From Acidobacteriota bacterium (GTDB taxonomy: Bacteria; Acidobacteriota; UBA890; WLXD01), in contig CAXWPL010000002.1 of the NCBI GenBank assembly GCA_963666215.2, positions 320,001 through 384,000 on the forward strand: DNA of 64,000 nucleotides, given 5' to 3'. Each line of letters begins with the position of its first letter. Position 1 is the stretch's first letter. Shown piece by piece: positions 62,089 through 64,000 of this stretch. Made by a program: the position numbers and the translations under genes. The notes below the pieces were generated by a model. The model saw only the letters and a program-made list of their open reading frames with translations. It did not search any database and was not told where the DNA came from.

Positions 62089-63567
62089 ATGAGCGCGCAT
62101 GTGAACCGCAGCGGTATCAGGCTCGTTCTCGGCCTCGCTCTCGTCTGCGCCGGGCTGTTTCTGTGTTCGGCGTGCGCTGGCTCAGAGGAGGGGAGCGCGC
62201 CTGCGTCGTCGGCCGCTCTCGGGGAGATCGATCGCCTCGTGCTCGTGACCTTCGACACGCTCCGGGCAGACCATGTGTCGGCGTACGGTTATCCGCTCGC
62301 CACCACGCCGTTTCTCGATTCGATGGCTGAAAGCGGCGTGCAGTTCAGGCGTGCCTTCGCACATTCCGCAGCCACCAAGCCGTCGCACTCCTCGATCTTC
62401 ACCTCGCTGTATCCGCTGCAGCATCGCGTGCGCAGCAACGCGCTGGTGCTCGACGAAGAGTTCGTCACGCTGGCCGAGATTCTGCGCGACGGTGGCTACA
62501 AGACAGCGGCGTTTCTGAGCATCGACGCACCCGTGGGTGGGCAGCTCGGGCAAGGATTCGAGACCTATGACGTGGAGGAGCGCGACCTCACAGTCGACGG
62601 CGCGCGGAAGGAATATCGGCACGCCGGCGAGACCATCGACGCTGCGCTGGCGTGGCTCGAAACGGTCGATCCCGATGAGCTTTTGTTCCTCTGGATTCAC
62701 GTCTACGATCCGCACAAGCCGCTGCGGCCGCCAGCCGGCCACTTCGCGACGATCAGCGTCGAGATCGAGCGCTTCGGGCCGCAAAATTTCCGCGAGCTGT
62801 TGCAGTCGCAGGGCATCGGTCCATTGAGCGACCGTGCCGTTGCCGACGTCGTCGACTACGACGCCGAGGTGCACTACGCAGACGCCGAGGTTGGGCGCCT
62901 GTATCGCGAGATGGAGGCGATGGGGCTGCAGGAAGAAACCCTCTGGGTGCTGACCTCGGACCACGGCCAGGGGCTCGGCTCGCACGGATGGTTTGGCCAC
63001 GGCAAGCAGATCTACAACTCCCAGCTGCAGGTGCCGCTGATCTTCCACACGCCCGACGGCACATTGGCTCCACGTCTGATCGAGACGCAGGTTGCTGAGC
63101 ACGTCGATCTGTTGCCGACAATCGTCGAGCTGCTCGGTGTGCCCGAAGCGGGCACCGCAGCCGTCGCCCAGCCGCTGCCGATGCAGGGCTCGTCGCTCGT
63201 GCCGTTCTTGCTCGGGCGGCGTCACGACGCCCCCAAGTGGTTCTCGTTCGGCGAGCGCAGCCGCTACATCGACGACAAGCCTCGCCAGCAGGATCGGCCC
63301 AACTACGAGGGCGGCTTCCGTTATTCGTTACAGGACCGCGAGTACAAGTACCTGCTGTTCACCGAGGGCCCCGACGAGTTCTACGACCTGCTCGCCGATC
63401 CGTACGAGGAGCACAACCTGATCGACTCTTTCGAGCACGCTGACAAGCGCGACCAGATGAGCTCGGTGCTCGCCGACATGGTCGCCAGTCTTACCAGCGA
63501 GGGGCAGGCGACATCCGTGTCGGCCGAAGACGTTGAGCGGCTCAGGAGCCTGGGCTACATCCAGTAG
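62089..63567 (+). CDS. Sulfatase-like hydrolase (alkaline phosphatase superfamily)
   Basis: DTLRADH, TKPSHSS, YDPH, TSDHG, LRSLGY. Confidence 0.9.
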   Translation: MSAHVNRSGIRLVLGLALVCAGLFLCSACAGSEEGSAPASSAALGEIDRLVLVTFDTLRADHVSAYGYPLATTPFLDSMAESGVQFRRAFAHSAATKPSHSSIFTSLYPLQHRVRSNALVLDEEFVTLAEILRDGGYKTAAFLSIDAPVGGQLGQGFETYDVEERDLTVDGARKEYRHAGETIDAALAWLETVDPDELLFLWIHVYDPHKPLRPPAGHFATISVEIERFGPQNFRELLQSQGIGPLSDRAVADVVDYDAEVHYADAEVGRLYREMEAMGLQEETLWVLTSDHGQGLGSHGWFGHGKQIYNSQLQVPLIFHTPDGTLAPRLIETQVAEHVDLLPTIVELLGVPEAGTAAVAQPLPMQGSSLVPFLLGRRHDAPKWFSFGERSRYIDDKPRQQDRPNYEGGFRYSLQDREYKYLLFTEGPDEFYDLLADPYEEHNLIDSFEHADKRDQMSSVLADMVASLTSEGQATSVSAEDVERLRSLGYIQ

Positions 63568-63670
63568 CCCGTCCGCCGGCGTCGCGGACCAAGGGTGCAG
63601 GCGAGTTCGCCGCAGCCACGTGGCATAATCGCTCCCGCCGGGTCGTCCGAACGCTTGTCTTGGGGGTGCT

Positions 63671-64000
63671 ATGCATCGAAGGGGAATACCATCCGTTGCC
63701 AGTGCGACGCGCGCGCTGGTCGTGGTCGCGATTACCGTCTTGCTGACCGGCAGCCTGCCAGCCGGCGCCACCACGTACATCATGATGTCCGATGAGGACC
63801 TCGCCGACAGCTCGCCGGTTGTTGTGCGCGCACGCGTGCTCGACGCGCAGCCGTCGCCGACTGGACGTCCCTACACCGACTATCGACTCCAGGTCGAGCG
63901 CGTGGCGAAGGGTCGCGTCGCTGCCGATGCGCGGATCGTTATCAGCGTGCTCGGCGGCGGAACGCCAAGTCTACCGCAGCTGGCGGTTTGGGGCGAGCCG
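63671..64000 (+). CDS. Secreted protein, partial (runs off the window)
   Basis: Signal peptide, then ATTYIMMSDEDLADSSPVVVRARV...TDY...VLGG. Confidence 0.7.
   Translation, partial: MHRRGIPSVASATRALVVVAITVLLTGSLPAGATTYIMMSDEDLADSSPVVVRARVLDAQPSPTGRPYTDYRLQVERVAKGRVAADARIVISVLGGGTPSLPQLAVWGEP

Overview
This is a GC-rich bacterial chromosomal window. Gene order and protein families suggest Acidobacteriota, but that is inference. Core blocks: class-V aminotransferase-serA-glcB, icd-mdh-ndk, truA-galE-cdsA-rseP, def-fmt-rsmB-PASTA-rpe-epimerase-bamD, recA, an NSS transporter and tRNA-Phe. Three plastic zones interrupt them. (1) 10.6-20.9 kb is a peptidase/HipBA zone. At 15.37-15.55 kb a dead HipA C-terminus is fused to a second copy of the ndk 3' end (32 bp identical), so ndk may act as an integration or duplication anchor; no integrase is present. 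(2) 36.2-43.8 kb holds nested IS21/IS3/IS256 debris that destroyed bioB, next to panB-panG-like-panC. (3) 52.8-55.7 kb is a decayed island after tRNA-Phe, with a truncated IS481 whose break point is an inverted 16-bp copy of the tRNA 3' end. There is also a two-gene bacterial microcompartment satellite locus (BMC-H plus acylating aldehyde dehydrogenase), an unannotated 41-aa membrane protein behind the NSS transporter, two toxin-antitoxin pairs, and several frameshifted or eroded genes. No CRISPR array, rRNA, integrase or reverse transcriptase was seen. I cannot claim a proven new system; the best leads are the ndk-anchored cargo region and the short exact duplications at junctions. All family calls come from motif recognition by eye, not database searches.
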